Shown here: positions 20,450-29,525 of the stretch, piece by piece
Layout of the letters: each line of letters opens with the position of its first letter
Position numbering within the stretch: position 1 is the stretch's first letter
Assembly (NCBI GenBank): GCA_965219385.1
Contig: CBDCNM010000002.1
Span: 3,916,305 to 3,980,304 of the forward strand
DNA from: Candidatus Latescibacterota bacterium
GTDB lineage: Bacteria; Latescibacterota; UBA2968; UBA8231
Length of the DNA: 64,000 bases
Reading direction: 5' to 3'
Program-made: the position numbers and the translations under genes
Notes under the pieces: generated by a model
The model's input: the letters and a program-made list of their open reading frames with translations, nothing else
Told to the model about the DNA's origin: nothing
Database searches by the model: none

Positions 20450-23400
20450 ATGAACCTCGTTTTTATCATAGGCTTGATCACCATTGGCGGGACCTATTTT
20501 GCCTCCCAGGTGCCGAACCAGGAGAATCTGTTGAGCTCGTTCAGCGAAGCCCAGCGTTTTTATGCGGAAGGCGCCTACGATCAGGCGATTGCCCAGTACG
20601 AGGCGGTTTCGCAGGTGCGCAGCCGGGTGCTGGATGCCGAGAGTATCCAGGTGACCGTGGGCGAGGAGGAATTCCCCGTACAGGAGGCCGCGGTCTACCA
20701 GATCGGCAATGCCTACGCCAAGCTCTACGGAGACTACACGCGCTTTGTGGAAAATGCGCGCAGTGCAGCCGACCGCTCCCGGCTTCAAGCCCGGGCAGAT
20801 AGCGCATTTGCAGCCGCGGTGGCTGCCTTCCAGCAGGTTATTGACGCTTCCACCAACACAGCGCTGAGGGTGCAGGCGCACGGTCGCCTGATCGATCTTT
20901 ACTTTCAGGCAAAGCAATATCCGGAAGTGATCACGGCCGCGCAGGAGTTGATCGCAGCCCATCCCGACGACCCGCAGGTCATCGTGGCCTACTACAACAC
21001 GGGATGGGCCCACTACGAGAAGAAAGACTACAGCCGTGCCATCGAGGCGTTTGAGACCTTGCTCGTCCGCTTCCCCACCGGGTACCGGGCGGACCGCAGT
21101 CTCTTCCAGATCGGCGAGTGTTACCTGGAGACAGGCGAGTACCCGCAAGCCATCGAAGCCTACCGTCGATTGATAGATCGCCAGAACATCGAGGACCTCA
21201 CCGAGGAGGAACTGAGGCGGATACAGCGAGAAAAGCTGGCCGGTCTCGTGGACGAAACCGCCCTGGAACTGGCCGCAAAGGCCCAGATCCGCGTGGGCAC
21301 GTGTTATGCAAGGCTGGGCCGCTACGAGGAGGGGTTGAATGCCTACCGGCAGGTGATCACCCTGTTTGGCACAGAGCGCAAACTGGTCGAGGAGGCCTAT
21401 CTCCGCATGGCCGATCTCCACCAGGAAAAAGGGGACCTGAAAGCCAGCATCCAGACCTACCGCGAGGCGATCGATCAATCTGCGGACCGGACCCTGAGGG
21501 CGCGGATTCAATACGCTCTGGCAGAAGGTCTTTTTTCGCAGGCGCACTACGCCGAGGCCATTCAGGAGTATCGGATTTACCTCACGGGCTACGGCGATAT
21601 CGCGCGGGCAGCCGGGTTTCCGCAAGGGCGGGTGCGCTACCGCATCGGCAGCGCCTACCAGCAGTTGGCCCAGGAGCGTCTGGATGCAGAGGATACAGGA
21701 GGCGCGGCCCCATGGCTGGACCTGGCCGTGGCCCAGTACGACACCCTGTGCATGGATGAAACATCCCCTTACTTCCTGGATGCCCGCTTCAACCGCGCCC
21801 TGGCCTACCAGTCCCTGGGTGCGGACCAGACCCTGGCGCGCGCCCGGGAGGACTACGAGGCAATCGTCCAGGATGCCCAGGACGAAGGCTACACCCAGCG
21901 GGCGCTGATTCAATTGGCCGAACTGTATTACGGCCGGAGGGAGTATACCCTTGCAGGGGAAAAGGCCCAGCAGCTTCTGGATAGCTTTCCCGGCAGCGAG
22001 CACGCGGACAAGGTCTACATGCGTCTAGCGCTTTCCCACCAGGCCATGGCCGATCTGGACCGCGCTCTGCCGGCCTTTCTGGCCGTTCCCGCAGCCTCTC
22101 CTCTTTTTGCCCGGGCGCGGTTGGGGAGTGGGCACAGCCTGGTGATACGGGGGAAGCACGACGATGCGGCACAGGTCCTTGAGGAAGGGCTTGGAAAGGC
22201 GGATGACGATGCCCAGCGCGCCAGTTTTCACTACCTGCTGGGACAGGCCTACGGCGGCCGGGGGGATTATCCCAAGGCTGTAGCCCACTTTTCCGCTGCT
22301 CTCGGGTATCCTCTGGGACAGGACCTGGAGGAGGCGCTCCGCTTCAGCCGGGGCAACGCCGCATTTGTGGTGGAGGACTATGGCTTAGCTGAAGAGGACT
22401 TCGGCTGGATCGTGGAAAACCTGCAGGAGACCGAGAAGGTCCGGTCTGCGAAAGACGCCCTGGCGCTGGTCTATCTGAAGCAGAACCGGGGCGGTGCAGC
22501 GGTGCAGACCCTCGCCGACATGGCCGCAGGTGCCAAAAGTCCCGAAGAACAGGCCGTTCTCCTCAGTCGCATGATGGATTTGCACTACGAGGACGACAAC
22601 TACGAGGCGACGATCCGCGTGGCCAGGCAGTTGCTGGCCCTGGAGTTTGCCGATGAGTACGGCCGCAGGGAAAAGGCCTCCTTTCTCATCGGCGACGCGC
22701 TCGGGCGGCTGGGCCGCAGTACAGAGGCGGCGCAGGTGTTTCAGGAGACCCTGCAGCGCTACCCTGAATCTCCTTTTGCCAATGACATGCACCTGACCCT
22801 CGGCATCCACCACTTCGATCAGGGCGAGCTCGACCGGGCCAAAGAGGCATTCACGGCGCTGTCGGAGGCAGACCTCGACCGGGATCAGGGGTTGATGGTG
22901 CGCTTCTATCTGGCCAATACGCACTACAGTTTGCGGGAGTTCAGCAATGCCCGTGGGACGTTCCGGGATTTGCTGCGCGACTATCCCCATGTCCGCGCCC
23001 TGCCGGATATCCTGTTTGGATTGGCGGAAAGCCATTACCAGTTGGGCGAATTCGAGGCGGCCATCGGACACTATGGGCGTCTGCTCAAAGAGTTCCCGCG
23101 CGACACCGCCGCGGACGATTCCCAGTACAATATGGCGTGGTGTCTGATCGAGTTGAAACGCGAAGAGGAGGCGATGCAGGCTTTTCGCGCCCTGCTGGAG
23201 CGGTATCCGCAGAGCGAGTTCGCGCCGTCTGTCCAGTTCACCCTCGCCGACTACGCCTACAACCGCGGGGATCACCAGGAGGCTATGGAGGCGTATCGCT
23301 TGGTCCAGGAACGCTACCCCGATAACCCTGTTTCAGCGCAGGTACCGCGCCTCATTTCCGAACTCAAAGAGGCGATCGCCTACCAGCACTACGAACAGGC

Positions 23401-23680
23401 TCTCGCATTGATGGATTCGGCGGAAGTGAGCCAGAAAGCGGAACACTTCGAGCAGGCCGTGCGCTCGTTTCAGGAGGTGATCGAGCGCTATCCTGGCACT
23501 GAGAGCGAGATCGGGGCGCTGAGCAATATGGGGGTCTGCCTGGAAGGCCTCAGACAGTGGCGCGATGCAGTGGCTGTATACGATCGGGTAATCCAGATGT
23601 ACGAGGAGAAGCGGGCCAGCAAGGAGGCTTTCCAGTTCGTCAAGGCGCACCGGGATTGGATCGTCACGACCCGGTTGTGA
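20450..23680 (+). CDS. Large periplasmic tetratricopeptide-repeat protein (CpoB/BamD-like repeats)
   Basis: N-terminal hydrophobic segment; many TPR units such as AYYNTGWAHYEKKDYSRAIEAFETLLVRFP and LLERYPQSEFAPSVQFTLA. Confidence 0.9.
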   Translation: MNLVFIIGLITIGGTYFASQVPNQENLLSSFSEAQRFYAEGAYDQAIAQYEAVSQVRSRVLDAESIQVTVGEEEFPVQEAAVYQIGNAYAKLYGDYTRFVENARSAADRSRLQARADSAFAAAVAAFQQVIDASTNTALRVQAHGRLIDLYFQAKQYPEVITAAQELIAAHPDDPQVIVAYYNTGWAHYEKKDYSRAIEAFETLLVRFPTGYRADRSLFQIGECYLETGEYPQAIEAYRRLIDRQNIEDLTEEELRRIQREKLAGLVDETALELAAKAQIRVGTCYARLGRYEEGLNAYRQVITLFGTERKLVEEAYLRMADLHQEKGDLKASIQTYREAIDQSADRTLRARIQYALAEGLFSQAHYAEAIQEYRIYLTGYGDIARAAGFPQGRVRYRIGSAYQQLAQERLDAEDTGGAAPWLDLAVAQYDTLCMDETSPYFLDARFNRALAYQSLGADQTLARAREDYEAIVQDAQDEGYTQRALIQLAELYYGRREYTLAGEKAQQLLDSFPGSEHADKVYMRLALSHQAMADLDRALPAFLAVPAASPLFARARLGSGHSLVIRGKHDDAAQVLEEGLGKADDDAQRASFHYLLGQAYGGRGDYPKAVAHFSAALGYPLGQDLEEALRFSRGNAAFVVEDYGLAEEDFGWIVENLQETEKVRSAKDALALVYLKQNRGGAAVQTLADMAAGAKSPEEQAVLLSRMMDLHYEDDNYEATIRVARQLLALEFADEYGRREKASFLIGDALGRLGRSTEAAQVFQETLQRYPESPFANDMHLTLGIHHFDQGELDRAKEAFTALSEADLDRDQGLMVRFYLANTHYSLREFSNARGTFRDLLRDYPHVRALPDILFGLAESHYQLGEFEAAIGHYGRLLKEFPRDTAADDSQYNMAWCLIELKREEEAMQAFRALLERYPQSEFAPSVQFTLADYAYNRGDHQEAMEAYRLVQERYPDNPVSAQVPRLISELKEAIAYQHYEQALALMDSAEVSQKAEHFEQAVRSFQEVIERYPGTESEIGALSNMGVCLEGLRQWRDAVAVYDRVIQMYEEKRASKEAFQFVKAHRDWIVTTRL

Positions 23681-23728
23681 GTTTCCTGCACGTGCTTCTG
23701 TACAACGATTTAAGGGATTGAGGTATTT

Positions 23729-24283
23729 ATGTGTATGCGATGCGCGATACTTGTCTTGTGCGGTGTCCTGCTGTTGACGGGCGGCCATTCCCTCTGGGCT
23801 GAAGAGGCGTCGACCCAGCGCCTGGGGGTGCGCAAGCAGCACGTCGAACGCTCTCAGGCCATCGCCCTTTCCGCGGTGTTTCCGGGTCTGGGACAGCTGG
23901 CGACCGGACACCGCAATCGGGGCACAGCCCTGGTGGCGGCCGAGGTGGTATGTCTGGTGGTATGGCTGACTTCGCACGAGGATTACAATACCCAGGTGAC
24001 GCAATTCGACCTCGAGAGCGAACGCTATTTCGCGCTGCGCGAGGGCGGCTCTTTTGAGCAGGCAGAGGAAAGCTGGAAGCGGCTCTCGGATAAGAAGGAC
24101 GATCTGGATGGTTCGCACCTGCGCCGCCGGGTGTTCGGGGTGCTGGCCGTCGCGGTGTATGGCTACAATCTGCTGGATGTACTGATCTTCGACGGCGCCG
24201 AACCGGTGGCGGAGAAGCCGTTGAGCATTGTGCCGATGACACAGCCCAGGACCGCCGGGGTGGCCCTGGTGGCCTGGTTTTAG
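23729..24283 (+). CDS. Exported/membrane hypothetical protein (DUF5683-like)
   Basis: Signal peptide; ALSAVFPGLGQL motif; YGYNLLD; terminal aromatic VALVAWF. Confidence 0.7.
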   Translation: MCMRCAILVLCGVLLLTGGHSLWAEEASTQRLGVRKQHVERSQAIALSAVFPGLGQLATGHRNRGTALVAAEVVCLVVWLTSHEDYNTQVTQFDLESERYFALREGGSFEQAEESWKRLSDKKDDLDGSHLRRRVFGVLAVAVYGYNLLDVLIFDGAEPVAEKPLSIVPMTQPRTAGVALVAWF

Positions 24284-24305
24284 AAGGTTATTGAGGAGTT
24301 TGCGC

Positions 24306-24686
24306 ATGTCCAGAATAGAGGGTCTCTTGCTCGGGGTCCTGCTCGCGATCGCCCCGGGGTGCAGCAACGATGTCGAGATGCCCACGCCGTACCACCGGGA
24401 TTATCTGGCCCAGCCCACCGATGTGGAGGCGTCTGTAGACGGCGATATGGTGCAGGTGTCGTGGCAGATCGCCTCGGCGGAAAACGTGGCTACATTCGTC
24501 TTGAGCTTCACGGACCCGACCGGGAGTGTACAGACGCGGTCTGTGGCAGATCCGGCGGCGAGGAGCTACGAGGACGCATCTCTAAACATTGAATCGGGCT
24601 CGATCTACCTGGTTCAGGTCCAGGCCGTAGACCAGGACAATTTCTTTGGGCCGTCCTCGGCCGCGGATAGTTTGTTGGTGCCTTAA
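24306..24686 (+). CDS. Lipoprotein with fibronectin type III-like domain
   Basis: Lipobox-like LLAIAPG/C; PTDVEASV...VSW...YLVQVQAVD..GPSS. Confidence 0.75.
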   Translation: MSRIEGLLLGVLLAIAPGCSNDVEMPTPYHRDYLAQPTDVEASVDGDMVQVSWQIASAENVATFVLSFTDPTGSVQTRSVADPAARSYEDASLNIESGSIYLVQVQAVDQDNFFGPSSAADSLLVP

Positions 24687-24723
24687 ACACTGGATTTGAT
24701 GTCATCGAGTACAGGTGAGTAGC

Positions 24724-25965
24724 ATGAGTTCTGACTCACGGCGTTTCAGCGCCCCGAGTGATTTTATCAACAGTCGCCGCCTGCGGACGGAAACCCACAG
24801 AGTCGTCGCCAGCGGCCTGCTGATCAGCATGGGGCTGATGATAGCGGCGTTCGCCTATTTCGCGGCGCTGCCCAAGGAGCGGGCGGCTCCGCCGCCCGCT
24901 GTGGCGCGGCTCATCATCCGCAAGCCCCGGGCGACGAAGACGTTCGAACTTAAACGTCAGCGCCTGCGGCCCCGGGCCATGACCAAGAAGGTGACGGCCC
25001 TCAAGCCCCGCCTGGCTATGCCCGCTGCCCGCCGTCTCACCGGAGCTTCATTGTTCGGCCGCGTAAAGACCTTTGAGTACGCCGTGGAAACCGATGTCCA
25101 GATCAACCTGCAGACCGGTCCGATCCAGTTTTCGGCCGCGCGGGTCACCGGCACCAAGGAGCCGGAAAAGCGGATTGCCATGCGCGAGGAATTGCTGGAT
25201 CTGGATGCCCTGGATACGGGGAAATACAAGGGGCTGATCATTCAGGATCCAACGGATCGGCGCAAGGTTAAGGGTTTTGTGTACCTGGGCACGGCGTGGG
25301 CCAGCGACCTGGAGCCGGCGTTCGACAGCGCGGCCAGGGCAATTCCCAATCTGGTGGACGCGCTCAACGCCCAGACCGGGATCACCGCCAAGGTGGATCC
25401 GCATCTTTTCGTCGATTCCCAGGAACTTTTTCGCACCCCCTTTGTGTACATCACCGCAGAGGAGGCCTTTGAACTGACGGAGCGGGAGATCCAGAACCTG
25501 GGAGAGTACATGCGACGGGGAGGGTTTATCTTCGCCGATAACGCCAACGCCACGGTCGAATACGGCCAGGCGGAAGCATCCCTGCGGCAGATCTTTCGCG
25601 ATGCCCTGGGATCACAGGGGCGCTTTCGGCCCATACCCAATTCCCACCCCCTGTACCACACCTTCTACGATTTCGACGGTCCTCCAGTCGGCTCGGAACT
25701 GGACGTCCCGCGCGTTGATCTCCAGTGGCAACTCAGCTACCGCATCGTTCCCCAGCACTCTTATTATCTGGAAGGTGTCTTCTTAGGAGACCGTCTCGTG
25801 GCCCTGTATTCGGACAAGGGCTATGTGCATAAATGGGCAGAAGATTTCGGCAATGAACCGCAATTGCGGTTCGGTATCAACGTGGTTATTTTTGCGCTGA
25901 CCCAGGAGGGGTCTATCGCGCAGCAACAGATTGACTACTTCAGTGAAAGCAGTGCAACGGAATGA
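24724..25965 (+). CDS. Membrane-anchored DUF4159-like protein with TonB-like basic/Pro-rich linker
   Basis: One N-terminal TM helix, then a PPPA..RKPR..KRQRLRPR linker, then PFVYIT..F.LT..E..NLGEY..RGGFIFADN...HPLYHTFYDF...FGINVVIFALT. Confidence 0.8.
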   Translation: MSSDSRRFSAPSDFINSRRLRTETHRVVASGLLISMGLMIAAFAYFAALPKERAAPPPAVARLIIRKPRATKTFELKRQRLRPRAMTKKVTALKPRLAMPAARRLTGASLFGRVKTFEYAVETDVQINLQTGPIQFSAARVTGTKEPEKRIAMREELLDLDALDTGKYKGLIIQDPTDRRKVKGFVYLGTAWASDLEPAFDSAARAIPNLVDALNAQTGITAKVDPHLFVDSQELFRTPFVYITAEEAFELTEREIQNLGEYMRRGGFIFADNANATVEYGQAEASLRQIFRDALGSQGRFRPIPNSHPLYHTFYDFDGPPVGSELDVPRVDLQWQLSYRIVPQHSYYLEGVFLGDRLVALYSDKGYVHKWAEDFGNEPQLRFGINVVIFALTQEGSIAQQQIDYFSESSATE

Positions 25966-26747
25966 AGGTTCAGCCCAGCAAACGAGCGAGGTGGTTGGTT
26001 ATGCGTTTCGGTATCTGCTTGTTGCTTTTCTGTGGGTGCATCTTTGCGCCTCCCAAGATCCTGTATAAGAGTTACCTGCTACCGGGTTCCCTGCAAGCTG
26101 CTCCGGATCGCTATGCTGTCGAGGAGGGCGGCGTGGTCACCTATGCGCTGGAAGGACTGCGGATCAGGGTGGAGTACATGACGGATGAGGCCTTGAACGC
26201 GATATTCCCGGAGGATTCTTTCAGGGGCCGCTTTTCGACCAATCCATATACCCATGGCAACTGGATTGATCCGTTGTTGGGATACACCCCCGATCGATTC
26301 ACTGTGTTCCGGGTCACGGTGAGCAATAACACCTACGCCAAGGTCCTGCTCGATCCTATCAAGTCTCTGCTCTATACAGACCAGGGTGAGGTGCTTCATA
26401 CCTATGGCATTCCGGCCTTCTCACCGCACGAGAGTTTTGAGCGTTACTACCGGGGCATCCGTGGCCAGAGCGGCAACGAGTTCTATCGCTTTGATCTGCG
26501 CATGGGGAATGTGCGCAGTTCGGCCTACCTCGAGGATACGAAGGTCTTTAAGGGGGAGACCTACACAGGCCTGCTCGCCTTTGCCCCCCTGGACGAAGAA
26601 GTGGAGCGGGCCCAACTGGTGCTCGAGGATTTTGTGCTGAAATTCGACGCCTCTGGCCAGCCCCTGGAGACCGTGGACATTCTCTTTGAATTCGATCGCA
26701 AGATCCAAAAGACAGAGGTCGAGCAGGCAGCGAGCCAGGAAAGGTAA
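25962..26747 (+). CDS. Hypothetical lipoprotein (start may be 26001)
   Basis: MRFGICLLLFCG/C lipobox-like; ATGA overlap with the upstream gene. Confidence 0.75.
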   Translation: MKVQPSKRARWLVMRFGICLLLFCGCIFAPPKILYKSYLLPGSLQAAPDRYAVEEGGVVTYALEGLRIRVEYMTDEALNAIFPEDSFRGRFSTNPYTHGNWIDPLLGYTPDRFTVFRVTVSNNTYAKVLLDPIKSLLYTDQGEVLHTYGIPAFSPHESFERYYRGIRGQSGNEFYRFDLRMGNVRSSAYLEDTKVFKGETYTGLLAFAPLDEEVERAQLVLEDFVLKFDASGQPLETVDILFEFDRKIQKTEVEQAASQER

Positions 26748-26754
26748 GGCCTTT

Positions 26755-27714
26755 ATGCGATTGGCGGGGGTACCTGCCCAGGGCAGGAACGCTGTCTTGG
26801 CCCTGCTTTGTGTAGGGCTGGTGGCCACAGGGGAGACCCGGACGAGGTCTCTGCGCTTAGCACTGCTTCCTTTTGAGGACCGCGCCGGATTTCAAGGGGA
26901 GTGGAACCTGGCCACGGATGTCCCGGCCTTGCTGGGGCAGTATCTGTCCGAGGAGGCATCGGTCCACGTCGTCCCCATGGATAGTGTGGAAGCTGTCGCA
27001 CGGGAGAGAAAACTAAAAAAACACCAGGATGTCGAAAGTGCTGTGAGCCTCGGCCGCTACCTCGGGACGGACATAGTGATCGTCGGCAGGGTGGACCGCT
27101 TTGGCATGCGTCGTTTCACGGCGGGAGATCCGAACCTGGTCGGCTACAAATCCTACTCGTCCCGGATTGTTCTCAGCGCTGTGCGCTTGATCAGGGTTGC
27201 CACCGGGAAGGAAGTGGAAACATTTGAAGTTTCCAGGGATTCGCTGGAGAGCCCTCTGGGATTGGATCTGTTCGGCCGTCCTCGCCAGCAGGATCGGGAA
27301 TTCCGCCGGCTATTAAAGGTCGAATTCGGTTCCGAGGATTTCTTCGGGCTGCCGTTCGGGAAGCTCGTCGATGAGGTTTTCGGAGATCTCAGCACTCAGA
27401 TTATCCAGGCCCTGGTGGAGCGTCCCCCCATTGACCTGTCCGGCGAACTGGCCAAGGTATTATCGGTGGAGGACGAAGAGGTTTTCCTCGGGATTGGGAA
27501 TCAGGACCATGTAGAGCACGGGGACCTGTTGCCTCTCTACAAAGGAGAGGCGCAGATCGCTCTGGTCGAGGTCGATCAGATCCTCGGAATGCATCTGTGC
27601 AAGGCCCGAATCGTAGAGCAAGTCGGACCTGTTGAGGCCGGCTTGCGCATAGGGCAGCGGGTACCTCTGGTGAAACGGACCGTTAAAGAGAGGAAGTTCA
27701 AAAACTTTCCCTAG
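26755..27714 (+). CDS. CsgG/TolB-N/FlgT-like exported protein
   Basis: RLALLPFED...LGRYLGTDIVIVGRV...RLIRVATGK. The C-terminal VFLGIG..D.VEHGD...LVEV resembles the FlgT C-domain. Confidence 0.65.
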   Translation: MRLAGVPAQGRNAVLALLCVGLVATGETRTRSLRLALLPFEDRAGFQGEWNLATDVPALLGQYLSEEASVHVVPMDSVEAVARERKLKKHQDVESAVSLGRYLGTDIVIVGRVDRFGMRRFTAGDPNLVGYKSYSSRIVLSAVRLIRVATGKEVETFEVSRDSLESPLGLDLFGRPRQQDREFRRLLKVEFGSEDFFGLPFGKLVDEVFGDLSTQIIQALVERPPIDLSGELAKVLSVEDEEVFLGIGNQDHVEHGDLLPLYKGEAQIALVEVDQILGMHLCKARIVEQVGPVEAGLRIGQRVPLVKRTVKERKFKNFP

Positions 27715-27724
27715 CAAAGGAGCA

Positions 27725-28483
27725 ATGAAGATGTTGGAGATCATCTTAAGCGGTGGATGGTTAATGGCGCCTCTGATCGGATGTGCTGTTTTGTCCCTCG
27801 CCTTTATCATAGAGCGTTTCTGGGCGTTCAGTCGCCTGCCCGGCCGCGACCAAGCCCAGGAGGAGTTGGACCGGCTCGAAACCTCACTGGTCAACAGGGG
27901 AGAGGAAGCTGTAGTGGAGGCGTGTAATCAGGGGAAGGGAGTGCTCAACTACGTTTTTTCCTCGCTGCTGCGGCGCTACGATATCCTGATGCTGGAACAG
28001 CGGGAATTTCAGGAGACCCACGAGGAGATCATCCGTTTGTCCGAGGCGGGCGGGGGGGGCCAGATGGGCCGGTTTATGGTGCTGCAGAAGGAGTTGGCGG
28101 ACTTGAAGGAGGAACTGGTGATCGAGACCGAGGAGGCCTCGCGGGGCTACCTGGGCAAGTATCTGTCCCTCCTGAACACGATCGGGAATATCAGTCCGCT
28201 GTTGGGCTTGTTGGGCACCATCATCGGTATGATCATCGCCTTCGAGTCCATCGCGGTGGCCGGGACCGGGGATCCGAAGGTGGTGGCCGATGGGATATCG
28301 CAGGCCCTGGTCACGACCGCGACCGGGTTGATCGTGGCCATCCCCACGATCGTGGCCTATCGGTATCTGGCGCGCCGCGCCGAGCGGTCCCTGGAACAGG
28401 TGGAGGTGTACGGGCACGCTTTTTCAAACGCCTTGATCATGGCCGGGCAGCGCCGGAAAGAGGCGGGCGCAGGGCAGCGCTAG
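27725..28483 (+). CDS. exbB: MotA/TolQ/ExbB proton channel protein
   Basis: GGWLMAPL...IIERF; LNTIGNISPLLGLLGTIIGMI; GISQALVTTATGLIVAIP. Confidence 0.93.
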   Translation: MKMLEIILSGGWLMAPLIGCAVLSLAFIIERFWAFSRLPGRDQAQEELDRLETSLVNRGEEAVVEACNQGKGVLNYVFSSLLRRYDILMLEQREFQETHEEIIRLSEAGGGGQMGRFMVLQKELADLKEELVIETEEASRGYLGKYLSLLNTIGNISPLLGLLGTIIGMIIAFESIAVAGTGDPKVVADGISQALVTTATGLIVAIPTIVAYRYLARRAERSLEQVEVYGHAFSNALIMAGQRRKEAGAGQR

Positions 28484-28520
28484 CCCCCCCAGTTCTACAA
28501 GCGTCCACTAGGGAAAAGGC

Positions 28521-28940
28521 ATGGCTAGACATCGGAAAGTGCACTCGACCAGCTTCTTGGAGGAGGGAGGGCCGGATCTGACTCCCTTGATAGATTGTGT
28601 GTTCTTGCTGCTGGTCTTCTTCATGGTGACCACGGTGTTTCTGCACACCAAGGGGCTGGACGTGGATCTGCCGGCGCAGAGCCAGGCGGTGGAAGAGCAG
28701 AAGAAGGACATCAACGTGATCGTGGACCCCGATGGACAGATCGAGATCGGGGGCGAGCGGGTGGAAGCGCTGGGGCTGGCCCAACGGCTGCGCACGGCCA
28801 TGGAGGAGGCGCGCAACGACAATATCATCATCCAGGCGGATGCGGAATGCGCGCAGAAACACGTGGTGCACGTGGTGGATACGGCAAAAGAAGTGGGCGT
28901 GCAGGGCATTGCCTTTGTGCGGGTGCAGGGGGAGAAATAA
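28521..28940 (+). CDS. exbD: ExbD/TolR biopolymer transporter 1
   Basis: DLTPLIDCVFLLLVFFMV (essential TM Asp retained); IIQAD...VVHVVD. Confidence 0.93.
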   Translation: MARHRKVHSTSFLEEGGPDLTPLIDCVFLLLVFFMVTTVFLHTKGLDVDLPAQSQAVEEQKKDINVIVDPDGQIEIGGERVEALGLAQRLRTAMEEARNDNIIIQADAECAQKHVVHVVDTAKEVGVQGIAFVRVQGEK

Positions 28941-28970
28941 AAAGCGCTGCCCGCAAGCAGAGGAAGGGCT

Positions 28971-29381
28971 ATGGCAAAACGGAAGAGAGTCTACGAAGAG
29001 CAGGAGATGAATCTGACGCCGTTGATCGATTGCGTTTTCCTGTTGTTGATCTTCTTCATGGTAACCACGGTGTTCAAGCAGCCCTACAGCCTGCAGCTGG
29101 AGTTGCCGGAGGCGCGGCAGGCCAAGCAGGTGGAGGAAAAGAAGTTGGTGGGATCCATAACCGTGGATGGGCGGATGGAGATCAACCGGGAACCCGTAAA
29201 CGAGGGGAATTTAGAACAGGTGCTGATGCGGGAGAAGCAGGGGACCGGGAGTCTGACCTTGATACTGCGGACGGACAAGGAGACCAAGCACAAGTGGGTG
29301 CTGTACGTGTTGGAAGTGGCCAAGCGCGTGGGGGTCGAAACCGTCCTGCTCGCCACGGAGGATAAGAAGATGACGCAGTGA
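28971..29381 (+). CDS. exbD: ExbD/TolR biopolymer transporter 2
   Basis: NLTPLIDCVFLLLIFFMV; LILRTDKET. Confidence 0.93.
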   Translation: MAKRKRVYEEQEMNLTPLIDCVFLLLIFFMVTTVFKQPYSLQLELPEARQAKQVEEKKLVGSITVDGRMEINREPVNEGNLEQVLMREKQGTGSLTLILRTDKETKHKWVLYVLEVAKRVGVETVLLATEDKKMTQ

Positions 29382-29525
29382 GCACGGCGCAGTCGTGCCG
29401 CAGAGGTATTTCGCTTGATTGCCAGGGGAGGCAGGGGATGGGTATGAAGGTCGCAGGGGAACAGAAAATTTGAGTATTCTGTTCCTCTTTTTGTAGAGGT
29501 GTAGCCTCACGAGTGGGGTTGTCGT

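Noticed and set aside
9605..29381. Calling the operon canonical T9SS, Tol-Pal or a TonB-receptor locus
   Set aside because: No recognisable GldK/L/M/N, SprA, PorV, TolB, Pal or plug-domain receptor motifs; I cannot exclude remote homology without structure searches.
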